Assembly: GCA_036149055.1 (NCBI GenBank)
Contig: JAYZQJ010000231.1
Location: 1 to 27,917 of the forward strand
Direction of reading: 5' to 3'
DNA: 27,917 nt
From: Myxococcota bacterium
GTDB lineage: Bacteria; Myxococcota_A; Polyangia; Polyangiales; Sandaracinaceae
Both the position numbers and the translations under genes were made by a program. How positions within the stretch are numbered: the first letter of the stretch is position 1; each line of letters opens with the position of its first letter. Shown in pieces: positions 20,378 to 27,917 of this stretch. Below the pieces are notes generated by a model, which saw only the letters and a list, made by a program, of their open reading frames with translations, was not told the origin of the DNA and ran no database searches.

Positions 20378-21579
20378 GCGCGCATCTCCGAGATCGCGTC
20401 GTCGAGCGCGTCGAGCACCTCGGGGACCTCGGCGACGTCGTTCGGCCAGTGCGGCGCGAAGCGGAGGCGGCCGTCGGGCGTGGTCACCGCGACCCGGCGC
20501 GCGTTGAGGTGGGCGGCGAGCGCGATGACGTCGACGCCCTCGGGCGGCCGCACCGAGAGGATGCCCGAGCGCTGCCCCTCGGCGCCGCGCTCGCTCTCGA
20601 AGCCGCGCTCGCGCAGGCCGGGCTCGAGCGCGTCGTGGTAGCCCTGCACGTGGGCGAAGACGTGGGGCACGCCGATGCGCTCGATCAGCGCCACCGAGGC
20701 CTCGAGCGCCGCGAAGCCAGCGCCGTTGATCGCGCCGCCCTCCAGGAAGGTCGGCTCGGGGCGGATGGGGCGGTCGTAGCGGAGGTGGCCCTCGCCCTCG
20801 AACAGGAAGCTCAGCGGCTCCTCGTGGCTCAGCCAGCCGGCGAGCCGCGGCACGAGCGCCGCCTGCCGCTCCTTCTTCACCCAGAGGAAGCCGGCCCCCT
20901 CGAGGCCCATCAGCCACTTGTGCGAGCCGCAGCCGAGGTAGTCGACGCCCCACGCCTCCACGTCGACCGGCACCACCCCGCACGCCTGGATCGCGTCGAC
21001 GAAGACCTCGGCGCCGCGCGCGCGGGCCCGGGCGGCGATGGCCTCGACCGGCATGCGCAGGCCGGTCTGGAACTGCACCGCGCTCACGGCGACGAGGCGC
21101 ACGCCCCGCGACAGCTCCGCGTCGAGCTTCGCGAGGCCCTCCTCGGTCCGGAAGTCCTCGACCTCGAGGAAAACCAGCTCCAGCCCGAAGGTCTCGGCGG
21201 CGCGCTGCCAGGGCGTGACGTTGGTCGGGAACTCGCCGCGCAGGCAGATCACCCGGTCGCCGGCCCGCCACGGGAAGCACATCGCCACGTTCACCACGCT
21301 CTGGGTGGTGCTCGGGACCAGCGCGACGTCCTCGGGCTGGCCGCCGACGAGGCGCGCGAGCCGGCCGCGGAGCCGCTCGCGCTGCGCCCTCCACACGCCG
21401 AAGGCTTCGACGCCTCGCCTGGCGTAGGTGTCGAGGAGCGCGTTCACCGCCCGCCGCACCTCGACCGAGGGCGGCGAGATCGCGCCGTGGTTCAGGTAGG
21501 CGATGGCGTCGAGGTCCGGAAAGAGCATCCGGTCCCCGAGACGCGCGCCGCCCGGGTCGGGCTGCCAGTCGAGCTCCAT
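20374..21579 (-). CDS. Aminotransferase class-V PLP-dependent enzyme
   Basis: YLNHGAISP, STT, EFPTN, VQFQTG, VDAIQACG, GSHKWLMG (PLP lysine), LRFAPH. Confidence 0.9.
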   Translation of the reverse strand: MELDWQPDPGGARLGDRMLFPDLDAIAYLNHGAISPPSVEVRRAVNALLDTYARRGVEAFGVWRAQRERLRGRLARLVGGQPEDVALVPSTTQSVVNVAMCFPWRAGDRVICLRGEFPTNVTPWQRAAETFGLELVFLEVEDFRTEEGLAKLDAELSRGVRLVAVSAVQFQTGLRMPVEAIAARARARGAEVFVDAIQACGVVPVDVEAWGVDYLGCGSHKWLMGLEGAGFLWVKKERQAALVPRLAGWLSHEEPLSFLFEGEGHLRYDRPIRPEPTFLEGGAINGAGFAALEASVALIERIGVPHVFAHVQGYHDALEPGLRERGFESERGAEGQRSGILSVRPPEGVDVIALAAHLNARRVAVTTPDGRLRFAPHWPNDVAEVPEVLDALDDAISEMRA

Positions 21580-21613
21580 GCGAGCCTACGCTGGTGCCGA
21601 GGCCCGCTCGGTG

Positions 21614-21940
21614 TCAACCGCCGCGCTGCTGCCGCTCGATGTGCTTCTCGCGGTAGCGGCGGACCTGGCGCTCGATGTCCTTCGCGGCCGCGTCGATGGT
21701 GGCGTAGAGGTCGCTGGTCGCCTCCTCGGCCTTCAGCGGCTCGCTGTTGGGCACGAAGAGGACGGCGGTGCAGCCCTGGTTGTCTCCGTGGTTCGAGTGA
21801 CCGATCTGCTCGTAGGTCAGGTGCAGTCGGATCCCGGAGAAGCCGTCGAGCTGGGAGCAGGCCTTGCCGAACTTCTCCTCGGCGTAGCCTCGAATCGCGT
21901 CCGTGAGCTCGAAGTCCTTGGCGGTGTGCTGAATCTCCAT
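21614..21940 (-). CDS. hpf: Ribosome hibernation factor (short HPF/RaiA type)
   Basis: MEIQHTAKDFELTDAIRGYAEEKFGK ... DLYATIDAAAKDIERQVRRYREK; 108 aa. Confidence 0.9.
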   Translation of the reverse strand: MEIQHTAKDFELTDAIRGYAEEKFGKACSQLDGFSGIRLHLTYEQIGHSNHGDNQGCTAVLFVPNSEPLKAEEATSDLYATIDAAAKDIERQVRRYREKHIERQQRGG

Positions 21941-21973
21941 CGACGAATTGAACTACACCCTCGGGGCCCGGGG

Positions 21974-22360
21974 TCAAAGGGATTTCGTCGCGGCCACCGC
22001 CACCAGGACCCAGCCGGCCATCAGGGCGAGCCCGCCGAGCGGGGTCACCGCGCCGAGCCACCGAGGCGCGCCGAGGGTCATCGCGTAGAGCGAGCCGGAG
22101 AAGAGCGCGACGCCCCCGGCGAACGCGAAGCCCGCCCCGCGGGCCGCCCAGCCGTCGCCCCGGCTGCAGAGCCAGGCGGCGAGCCCGAGCGCGACCGCGT
22201 GGGGCAGGTGGTAGCTGACCGCGGTCTGCCACCAGCCGAGCTTCTTCGCGAGCTCGGGGCCCTCCTCGAGCAGGCGCTCGAGACCGTGTGCGCCATAAGC
22301 GCCGAGCCCGACCGCGGTGGCGCCGTAGATGCCGGCGAGGACGAGGAAGGTCTTCTCCAT
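21974..22360 (-). CDS. DUF423 (YgdD/TMEM256) membrane protein
   Basis: AVGLGAYGAHGL, WQTAVSYHLPHA, LFSGSLYA, LGAVTPLGGLALMAGW; ATG 22360, 128 aa. Confidence 0.92.
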   Translation of the reverse strand: MEKTFLVLAGIYGATAVGLGAYGAHGLERLLEEGPELAKKLGWWQTAVSYHLPHAVALGLAAWLCSRGDGWAARGAGFAFAGGVALFSGSLYAMTLGAPRWLGAVTPLGGLALMAGWVLVAVAATKSL

Positions 22361-22448
22361 GTCCGGGGATGTGGACCGGAGGGCGCCTCCTGGCAACGCG
22401 GGGACGACACCCCTTGCGCGATCGCCCCCTCGCCTGCGATGAAGGCGC

Positions 22449-24659
22449 ATGCGCACCCGAGCCACGTTCGCCCTCGCCCTCGCCGGCCTCCTCGGCTGCG
22501 GTGGCGGATCCGCCCCGGCCCAGGAGGAGCGCTCGGACACGACCGGGGACGAGCGCCCCGAGGAGCTCTCCACGTTGCAGCAGCTGAACCAGCGCGCCCG
22601 CGAGGGCGCGGTCACCGACACCCTCCACGGGGTGTCCGTCGAGGATCCCTACCGCGCCCTCGAGGAAGACTCTCCCCTGACGCGCGAGTGGATCGAGGCG
22701 CAGACCGCGCGCACCGCCGAGCGGCTGAGCGAGTGGCGTGATCCGGCCGCGGCCGAGCGCCTCGACGCGCTCCTCTCGATCGGCGTGATCGGCGCCCCGG
22801 TCGTCGCCGGCCGCCGCATCTTCTACACGAAGCGCGACGGCGACCGGGAGCAGCCCGCGCTCTACCTGCGGGAGAACGGCGCGCTGCGCGACGCCCCGCT
22901 GGTGGATCCGGCGACCTACGGTGAGCGCGCCGCGCTCGACTGGTTCTACCCGTCCCCGGGCGGCCGCTACGTCGCCTTCGGCATCTCGAACGACGGCGAC
23001 GAGCGCTCCACCCTGCGCGTGCTCGACGTGAACGAGGGCGAGCTGCTCGAGGACGTCATCGACCACACGAAGTGGACGGCCGTGACGTGGCTGCACTCGG
23101 AGGACGGGTTCTACTACCGGCGCTACCCGCGGGGCGGCGAGCCGGACTACGACCCGGAGGCCGAGGACACCTACCACCTGCGGCTCTTCTTCCACCCCCT
23201 CGGGGGAGACCCGGCCGAGGACCCGCTGGTGTACGCGCCGACGGAGGGGACCAACTTCCCGAGCGCGAGCGTGAGCGACGACGACCGCTGGCTCGTGATC
23301 AACGACTTCCGCGGCTGGTCCCAGTCCGACGTGCTGCTCTTCGACCGCGGGCGAGCCCGCCGCGGCCGGCTGAACGTCCCCGACGAAGATCACCCGCTCG
23401 TCCCGGTCGTGACCGGACAGGACCACCTGTACAACGGCTTCGCGCACCGGGGCCGCCTCTACGTGCTGCACAACGACGGCGCCCCGCGCTACCGGGTCGA
23501 CGCGGTCGAGCCCGCCCGGGCGGCCGAGCGCGCGGCGTGGGAGACGGTGATCCCCGAGGGCGACGGCGCCATCGAGGGCGTCCAGATCCTCCGCGACCGC
23601 ATCGCGGTGCACACCATCGAGGACGTGGCGAGCCGGGTGCGCGTCTACCGGCTGAACGGCCGCGCCGACGGCGAGATCGAGCTGCCGGGGCGCGGGGAGC
23701 TCTTCGGCTTCGACGGCGACGCCGAGACCGGACAGCTCGCGCTCGGCTTCTCCAGCTTCGTGCACCCGCCCTCGCTGCTGACCTGGAGCGCGCGCGGCCG
23801 CCAGCTCGAGGAGGTCGACCGGGTCCAGACCGACGTCGACTTCGACGCGATCACGCTCAGCCAGGCCTGGGTCGAGTCGGCCGACGGAACCCGGGTGAAC
23901 GTCTACTACGCGCACGCCCGCGACATGGCGCGCGACGGCTCGCAGCGGGTGCTGCTCAACGCCTACGGCGGCTTCAACGTGTCGCTCCTGCCGGGCTTCC
24001 AGCGCAACGCCCTCTACTGGATCGAGCGCGGCGGCGTCTACGCGGTGGCCAACCTCCGCGGCGGCGGCGAGTTCGGCGAGGCGTGGCACCAGGCCGGCAA
24101 CCTCGGGAACAAGGAGAAGGTCTTCGAGGACATGGAGGCGGTGGTGCGCTGGCTCGGAGGCGAGAGCGGGATCAGCCGCCCCGAGCGGATCGCGATCACC
24201 GGCGGGTCGAACGGCGGCCTGCTCATGGGCGCGATGATCACGCGCGCGCCGGAGACCTTCGCGGCGACCGTCTCGGGGGTCGGGCTCTACGACATGGTCC
24301 GGTACCACCACTTTCCGCCGGCGGAGCTCTGGGTGACCGAGTACGGCAGCGCGGAGGACGAGACGCAGCTCGGCTGGCTGCTCGGCTACTCGCCCTACCA
24401 CCGGGTGCGCGAGGGCGTGGACTACCCGGCCATCCTGATCACCACCGCCGATCACGACACCCGGGTGCACTGGGCGCACTCGACGAAGTTCACCGCCGCG
24501 CTCCAGGAGGCGGAGGGCGGCGCCGATCCGGACATCTTCTTCTACATGGTCCGGCAGGTCGGCCACGGCGCGGGCACGCGCCGGAGCGACACGGTGGAGC
24601 GTTACGTGCGCCTCTACACCTTCGTCGAGCGCTACCTCGGCGACGGCGCGTCGAGGTAA
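22449..24659 (+). CDS. Prolyl oligopeptidase (S9A), predicted lipoprotein
   Basis: Lipobox LLGC; DPYRALE, YGGFNVS, NLRGGGEFG..WH, catalytic GGSNGG, DHDTRV, GHG. Confidence 0.93.
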   Translation: MRTRATFALALAGLLGCGGGSAPAQEERSDTTGDERPEELSTLQQLNQRAREGAVTDTLHGVSVEDPYRALEEDSPLTREWIEAQTARTAERLSEWRDPAAAERLDALLSIGVIGAPVVAGRRIFYTKRDGDREQPALYLRENGALRDAPLVDPATYGERAALDWFYPSPGGRYVAFGISNDGDERSTLRVLDVNEGELLEDVIDHTKWTAVTWLHSEDGFYYRRYPRGGEPDYDPEAEDTYHLRLFFHPLGGDPAEDPLVYAPTEGTNFPSASVSDDDRWLVINDFRGWSQSDVLLFDRGRARRGRLNVPDEDHPLVPVVTGQDHLYNGFAHRGRLYVLHNDGAPRYRVDAVEPARAAERAAWETVIPEGDGAIEGVQILRDRIAVHTIEDVASRVRVYRLNGRADGEIELPGRGELFGFDGDAETGQLALGFSSFVHPPSLLTWSARGRQLEEVDRVQTDVDFDAITLSQAWVESADGTRVNVYYAHARDMARDGSQRVLLNAYGGFNVSLLPGFQRNALYWIERGGVYAVANLRGGGEFGEAWHQAGNLGNKEKVFEDMEAVVRWLGGESGISRPERIAITGGSNGGLLMGAMITRAPETFAATVSGVGLYDMVRYHHFPPAELWVTEYGSAEDETQLGWLLGYSPYHRVREGVDYPAILITTADHDTRVHWAHSTKFTAALQEAEGGADPDIFFYMVRQVGHGAGTRRSDTVERYVRLYTFVERYLGDGASR

Positions 24660-25651
24660 GCCGAGAGGGTGTCGAGCAGGACGTGGAAGCGGCCGCTCTT
24701 GCGGAGCACCGACTCCACGTTCTCGTCCGGCTGCACGTCGCTCGACGTCAGCATCACCACCGGCGGCGCGTCGGCGCCGAACCGGGTGCGGAGCAGCGCG
24801 GCGAGCTGGAGGCCGTCGAGCGCCGGCATGTCGTAGTCGGTCAGCACCAGCGCTGGCACCTGATCGATGCACGCCTCGAGCGCCTCGAAGCCGTCCGCGC
24901 AGGCGATCACCTCGTAGCCCTCGAAGCGCAGGCGCCGGGTGAGGGTCGCGCGCCAGACGGCGTCGTCGTCGGCCACCACCAGCCGGAGCGGCGCCGGCTC
25001 GGGCTCGTCCGCGCCGAGGACCCGCTCGACCGCGTCCTCGACCGTCGCCTCGCGCGGCAGCGTCTCCACCGCGATCGGCAGGGTCGGCATCGGAGGCACC
25101 CCCCACAGGATGAGCCGCGCGCTCTCCGGCAGGAGCCGCGCGAGGGTGCCCAGCATCGGGCCCCGCAGCCCGGGCACGCTGCCGTCGATCAGGACGGTGA
25201 GCGGCTCCGCGAGGTGCGCCTCGGCCAGCTGCATGAGCCGGAAGAGGTCGCCGGCCACGTGCACCCGCGCGTCGCTCCGCAGCCGGGCCGCCAGCCGCTC
25301 TCCGCGGCGCGCGTCGGGCGAGGCCACCAGCACGGTGCGCGCGGTCTGCGCCTGCTTCGGTCGCTTGCCCCGGATGCCGCTCCGGGCGAGCGCGACGTCG
25401 GCCTCGTAGAGCGGCGAGAGCGCCTCGACGATGGCGCTGGCCTGCTCGGCGCCGAGCGCCGCCTCCGCCTCGTCGCGCAGCGGGCCGCAGACGAAGAGCC
25501 CGAGCCCGACCGCGTCCGAGGGCGGCGAGCGCACCCCGGCCCGCTCGAGCGATTGCTCGAGGATCGACGCCGCGACCTCGCTCACCGCGAACTGCTCCAG
25601 ATGTTCGAGGATCCGCGCCGCGTCGCCACTCTGCTCCGCGCGCTCCCGCAT
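24632..25651 (-). CDS. Response regulator receiver-domain protein (N-terminal helical domain + degenerate receiver + receiver)
   Basis: C-terminal LVVADDD, LVLTDYDMPALDG, VVMLTS, LRK; ATG 25651 (339 aa); 28-nt convergent overlap with the peptidase gene. Confidence 0.8.
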   Translation of the reverse strand: MRERAEQSGDAARILEHLEQFAVSEVAASILEQSLERAGVRSPPSDAVGLGLFVCGPLRDEAEAALGAEQASAIVEALSPLYEADVALARSGIRGKRPKQAQTARTVLVASPDARRGERLAARLRSDARVHVAGDLFRLMQLAEAHLAEPLTVLIDGSVPGLRGPMLGTLARLLPESARLILWGVPPMPTLPIAVETLPREATVEDAVERVLGADEPEPAPLRLVVADDDAVWRATLTRRLRFEGYEVIACADGFEALEACIDQVPALVLTDYDMPALDGLQLAALLRTRFGADAPPVVMLTSSDVQPDENVESVLRKSGRFHVLLDTLSAYLDAPSPR

Positions 25652-25734
25652 TCCCACTGACCGCACCGGAGATCCCGCACCAAGGGATTTCCGTACGGGG
25701 GCAAAGATACGCCCACGGCGGGCCCGAGACCAGG

Positions 25735-26730
25735 TCAACGAGGGGAAAAGGTCACGTCGACCGCAGCTACGGACATCTCATCGGTGACGAGCAGATAGAG
25801 CGCGTCGACCCCGCCGGTGAGCGACACCTCGAGCGAGACGTCGGTCACCCCGACCGCGCAGGCGTCGGCGGCGGGATCGGCGCAGCGGCACGCGGTGTCG
25901 GAGAGGCGCTGGAGGCCGAGGCCGATCCCGACCGAGCTCGCGGAGAGCACGTAGGTTCCGTCGCTCGGGGCGCGCACCGAGAGGATGGCGCCGCGCTGGG
26001 GCACGCGGTCGGGGGTGGCGCAGCGGGGCCAGGCCGCGTCGAGCGCCGCGCTCGCGAAGACCCGCACCGTCTGCGCGCCGAGCGCGACGCTCAGGGGCCG
26101 ATTGCACTGGTCCCCCTCGCGCGGGCCGGCCGCCTCGCACGCCCCCGCGACGCAGGCCTGTCGCTCCCGGCAGACCGCGCCGCCGCAGCCGCCGCAGGAC
26201 CGCGGAGAGCGGCCCGCGCCGACGCAGAGCCCGTCCGCGCAGACCTCGCCGCCGCCCGCCACGCAAGGCCAGCAGGTCCCGTGGCGGCAGCTCTCGCCGG
26301 CCGGGCACGCGCGGTCGCAAGCGCCGCAGTGCGCGGGGTCGGTCTCGAGATCCACGCAGGCGCCGCCGCAGCGCTCGGGGCGCGCCTGGCCGGGGCAGGT
26401 CCAGCTCGCCGGGGTGAGCGTGCACTCCCCGCCGGCGTCGTCGTCCCGCCCGGCGTCCCCGGCGTCGGGTCCGGCGTCGAGGTCGATCGGCGCGTCGATG
26501 CGCGCGTCCGGAGGCGGCGCGGCGTCGATCGGGACCTGCGCGTCCATGCCCGCGTCCGGCCGCTCCAGATCCGGCCGCTCCGAATCGGAGCCCCGATCGG
26601 GGCAGTCCGGATCCTCGAGGTCGACCCGGCCGTCGCCGTCGTTGTCGAGGCCGTCGTCGCAGGCGCTCGGGAGCCACGGGTTGCCGCAGCCGAGGAGCGC
26701 GAGCGCGAACGCGATCCTCAAGGCACCCAT
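25735..26730 (-). CDS. Cys-rich lipoprotein (MXAN_6577/Stig1-like repeats)
   Basis: ATG 26730; lipobox LLGC; CDDGLDNDGDGRVDLEDPDC, DAG-rich linker, CGGACVDLETDPAHCGACDRAC repeat and a degenerate second copy, C-terminal beta-rich domain; 331 aa. Confidence 0.82.
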   Translation of the reverse strand: MGALRIAFALALLGCGNPWLPSACDDGLDNDGDGRVDLEDPDCPDRGSDSERPDLERPDAGMDAQVPIDAAPPPDARIDAPIDLDAGPDAGDAGRDDDAGGECTLTPASWTCPGQARPERCGGACVDLETDPAHCGACDRACPAGESCRHGTCWPCVAGGGEVCADGLCVGAGRSPRSCGGCGGAVCRERQACVAGACEAAGPREGDQCNRPLSVALGAQTVRVFASAALDAAWPRCATPDRVPQRGAILSVRAPSDGTYVLSASSVGIGLGLQRLSDTACRCADPAADACAVGVTDVSLEVSLTGGVDALYLLVTDEMSVAAVDVTFSPR

Positions 26731-27617
26731 CGCACCCCCAGGCTCAGCGGCACCGCGTAGGCGAAGCCCTCCGACGCGCGCAGCACGTCGATCGCGAGCG
26801 CGGCGTCGAACGAGAAGCTCAGGCCGATCTCCTCGAGCGGGTGCAGGGCCAGCCCCACCCTCGGCCCGAGGAAGAGCCCGCCGTCCTGCGGGCCGTCGAA
26901 GGCGCGGAGCGGCGAGATCCCGACGAAGCCGGCGACGATCGGGCGCACGATCGCGTCGCCGATCTCGATCCCGCCCTCGAGGCTCACCGAGAGGTGCGGC
27001 GCGCTCACCCCGAGCTCCACGTAGAGCCCGAGGTCGCTGATCCATCCGACCGCGGCGTAGGCGGCCCAGGCCCGGTCGATGCGAGCGGCGTCGGCGAGCG
27101 CGCCCGCCCTCAGCCTCAGCCCCCGAGGGTTCGGCGGCGGCTCGGGGGGCGCGAGCGACGTCGGCTCGGGGGACTCCTCGGGCTCGGGCTCGTCGTCGTG
27201 GGCGGGCTCCTCCGGCGGCGGCTCGAGCTGCGCGCCGATCGGCGTCGGCTCGAGGGGCGTCGCCTCGCCTCCGAGCCGGTCGAGCCCAGCGCGGATCTGC
27301 GCGTCGAGCGCGTCGCTCCGTCCCTCGGCCTCCGCGAGCGCCATGCGGTAGTGATCGATCGCCGCCTCGGTGTCCCCCGCCCGCTCGTGCAGCAGCCCGA
27401 GCGCGTAGCGGGTGCCGACCGACGGGTAGAGGCGATAGGCCTCCTCCGCGAGCGTGATCGCCTCGGCGGTGCGCCCGTTCGCGTCGAGCTCGCGCGCCTG
27501 CTGATAGAGCACGCGGGCGCGATCCCGGTTCGCGTCGGCCGCGCGCTGGGCGAGCGTCGGCGCCGGCAGCGCGCACAGCGCCACGAGCAACACGGTGATC
27601 CGCCCCGAGCTCACCAC
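26718..27617 (-). CDS. Secreted tetratricopeptide repeat protein with Pro/Glu linker and C-terminal beta-strand (probable outer-membrane barrel) domain
   Basis: Signal peptide; ARVLYQQAREL...AITLAEEAYRLYP...YALGLLHERAGDTEAAIDHYR TPR pair; PEPEESPEP linker; alternating hydrophobic strands ending PLSLGVRWVP. Confidence 0.78.
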   Translation of the reverse strand: MVSSGRITVLLVALCALPAPTLAQRAADANRDRARVLYQQARELDANGRTAEAITLAEEAYRLYPSVGTRYALGLLHERAGDTEAAIDHYRMALAEAEGRSDALDAQIRAGLDRLGGEATPLEPTPIGAQLEPPPEEPAHDDEPEPEESPEPTSLAPPEPPPNPRGLRLRAGALADAARIDRAWAAYAAVGWISDLGLYVELGVSAPHLSVSLEGGIEIGDAIVRPIVAGFVGISPLRAFDGPQDGGLFLGPRVGLALHPLEEIGLSFSFDAALAIDVLRASEGFAYAVPLSLGVRWVP

Positions 27618-27629
27618 CCGCGCAGGATA

Positions 27630-27917
27630 TCAGAAGGGGACCTCGGGCAGCTCCGGCGGCGTGTCCGCCGTGTCCCGCGTGCGCCGCAGCGTGACCCGCA
27701 GCTCCTCTCCGCCCCCTGGCGGCACCACGAGGCGCGCGGGGTCGTGGCCGGGGGAGGAGAGGACGGCGACCCGCCGCCGCTCGCTGCCTTCGATCCGACA
27801 CGGCGTGGTGCAGACCGTACGGCCGGCGATGCGGACGGTGGCGTGGGAGGGGGTGCTGGAGATGCGGTGTGCCGGTGCGGGGGGCGCTGCTTCGTCGGGG
27901 GCGGCGGCGGGGGCGGC
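27630..27917 (-). CDS. 5'-truncated PEGA-domain protein (C-terminus, probably of a Ser/Thr kinase)
   Basis: Not in the ORF track; my translation: AAPAAAPDEAAPPAPAHRISSTPSHATVRIAGRTVCTTPCRIEG...LSSPGHDP...LRVTLRR...PELPEVPF*; stop TGA at 27632-27630. Kinase identity is inference from the common myxobacterial architecture. Confidence 0.7.
   Translation of the reverse strand, partial: AAPAAAPDEAAPPAPAHRISSTPSHATVRIAGRTVCTTPCRIEGSERRRVAVLSSPGHDPARLVVPPGGGEELRVTLRRTRDTADTPPELPEVPF

Noticed and set aside
20374..21579. Annotation as iscS/sufS cysteine desulfurase
   Set aside because: Catalytic Cys loop is absent and there are no isc/suf neighbours.
22449..24659. Prolyl oligopeptidase as a RiPP macrocyclase
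   Set aside because: No precursor peptide or modifying enzymes nearby; it looks like a standard S9A peptidase.
14377..25660. Very long alternative-frame ORFs (869, 1188, 1204, 862 aa)
   Set aside because: Arg/Ala/Gly-rich shadow frames overlapping well-supported genes; expected from stop-codon scarcity at high GC.
25704..25738. TTGACC/TATCTT pair on the minus strand before the response regulator
   Set aside because: 23-nt spacing is too long for a sigma70 promoter; -10 alone is insufficient evidence.

Overview
Very GC-rich, gene-dense bacterial DNA; protein families and linker style (AgmX/PglI C-terminal domain, DAG/DGG-linker Cys-rich lipoproteins, TPR/PEGA proteins) point to Myxococcota, probably Polyangia/Sandaracinaceae-like (inference). 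About 26 CDS, mostly envelope functions: an ABC-2 operon ending in a translationally coupled PP2C-fold protein that appears to have lost its catalytic Asp residues; fetAB-like ABC pair; GT-C glycosyltransferase; a 1180-aa lipoprotein with 24 tandem Cys/Asp repeats; sterol desaturase/fatty-acid hydroxylase; extensin-like protein; GldA/GldF/GldG-like + DUF4340 operon; a minus-strand run DUF423, hpf, class-V PLP enzyme, CPXCG-type zinc finger, M48 peptidase, hypothetical; a lipoprotein prolyl oligopeptidase; an output-less response regulator; and a PEGA / TPR-beta-barrel / Cys-rich lipoprotein trio. No rRNA, tRNA, CRISPR or mobile element was seen. Best leads: the ABC-coupled pseudophosphatase, the putative trans-envelope trio, the giant repeat lipoprotein, and recurrent TA-N3-T boxes 6-9 nt before SD-less starts (possible near-leaderless mRNAs). 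All family calls are from motif recognition by eye; no database search was run.
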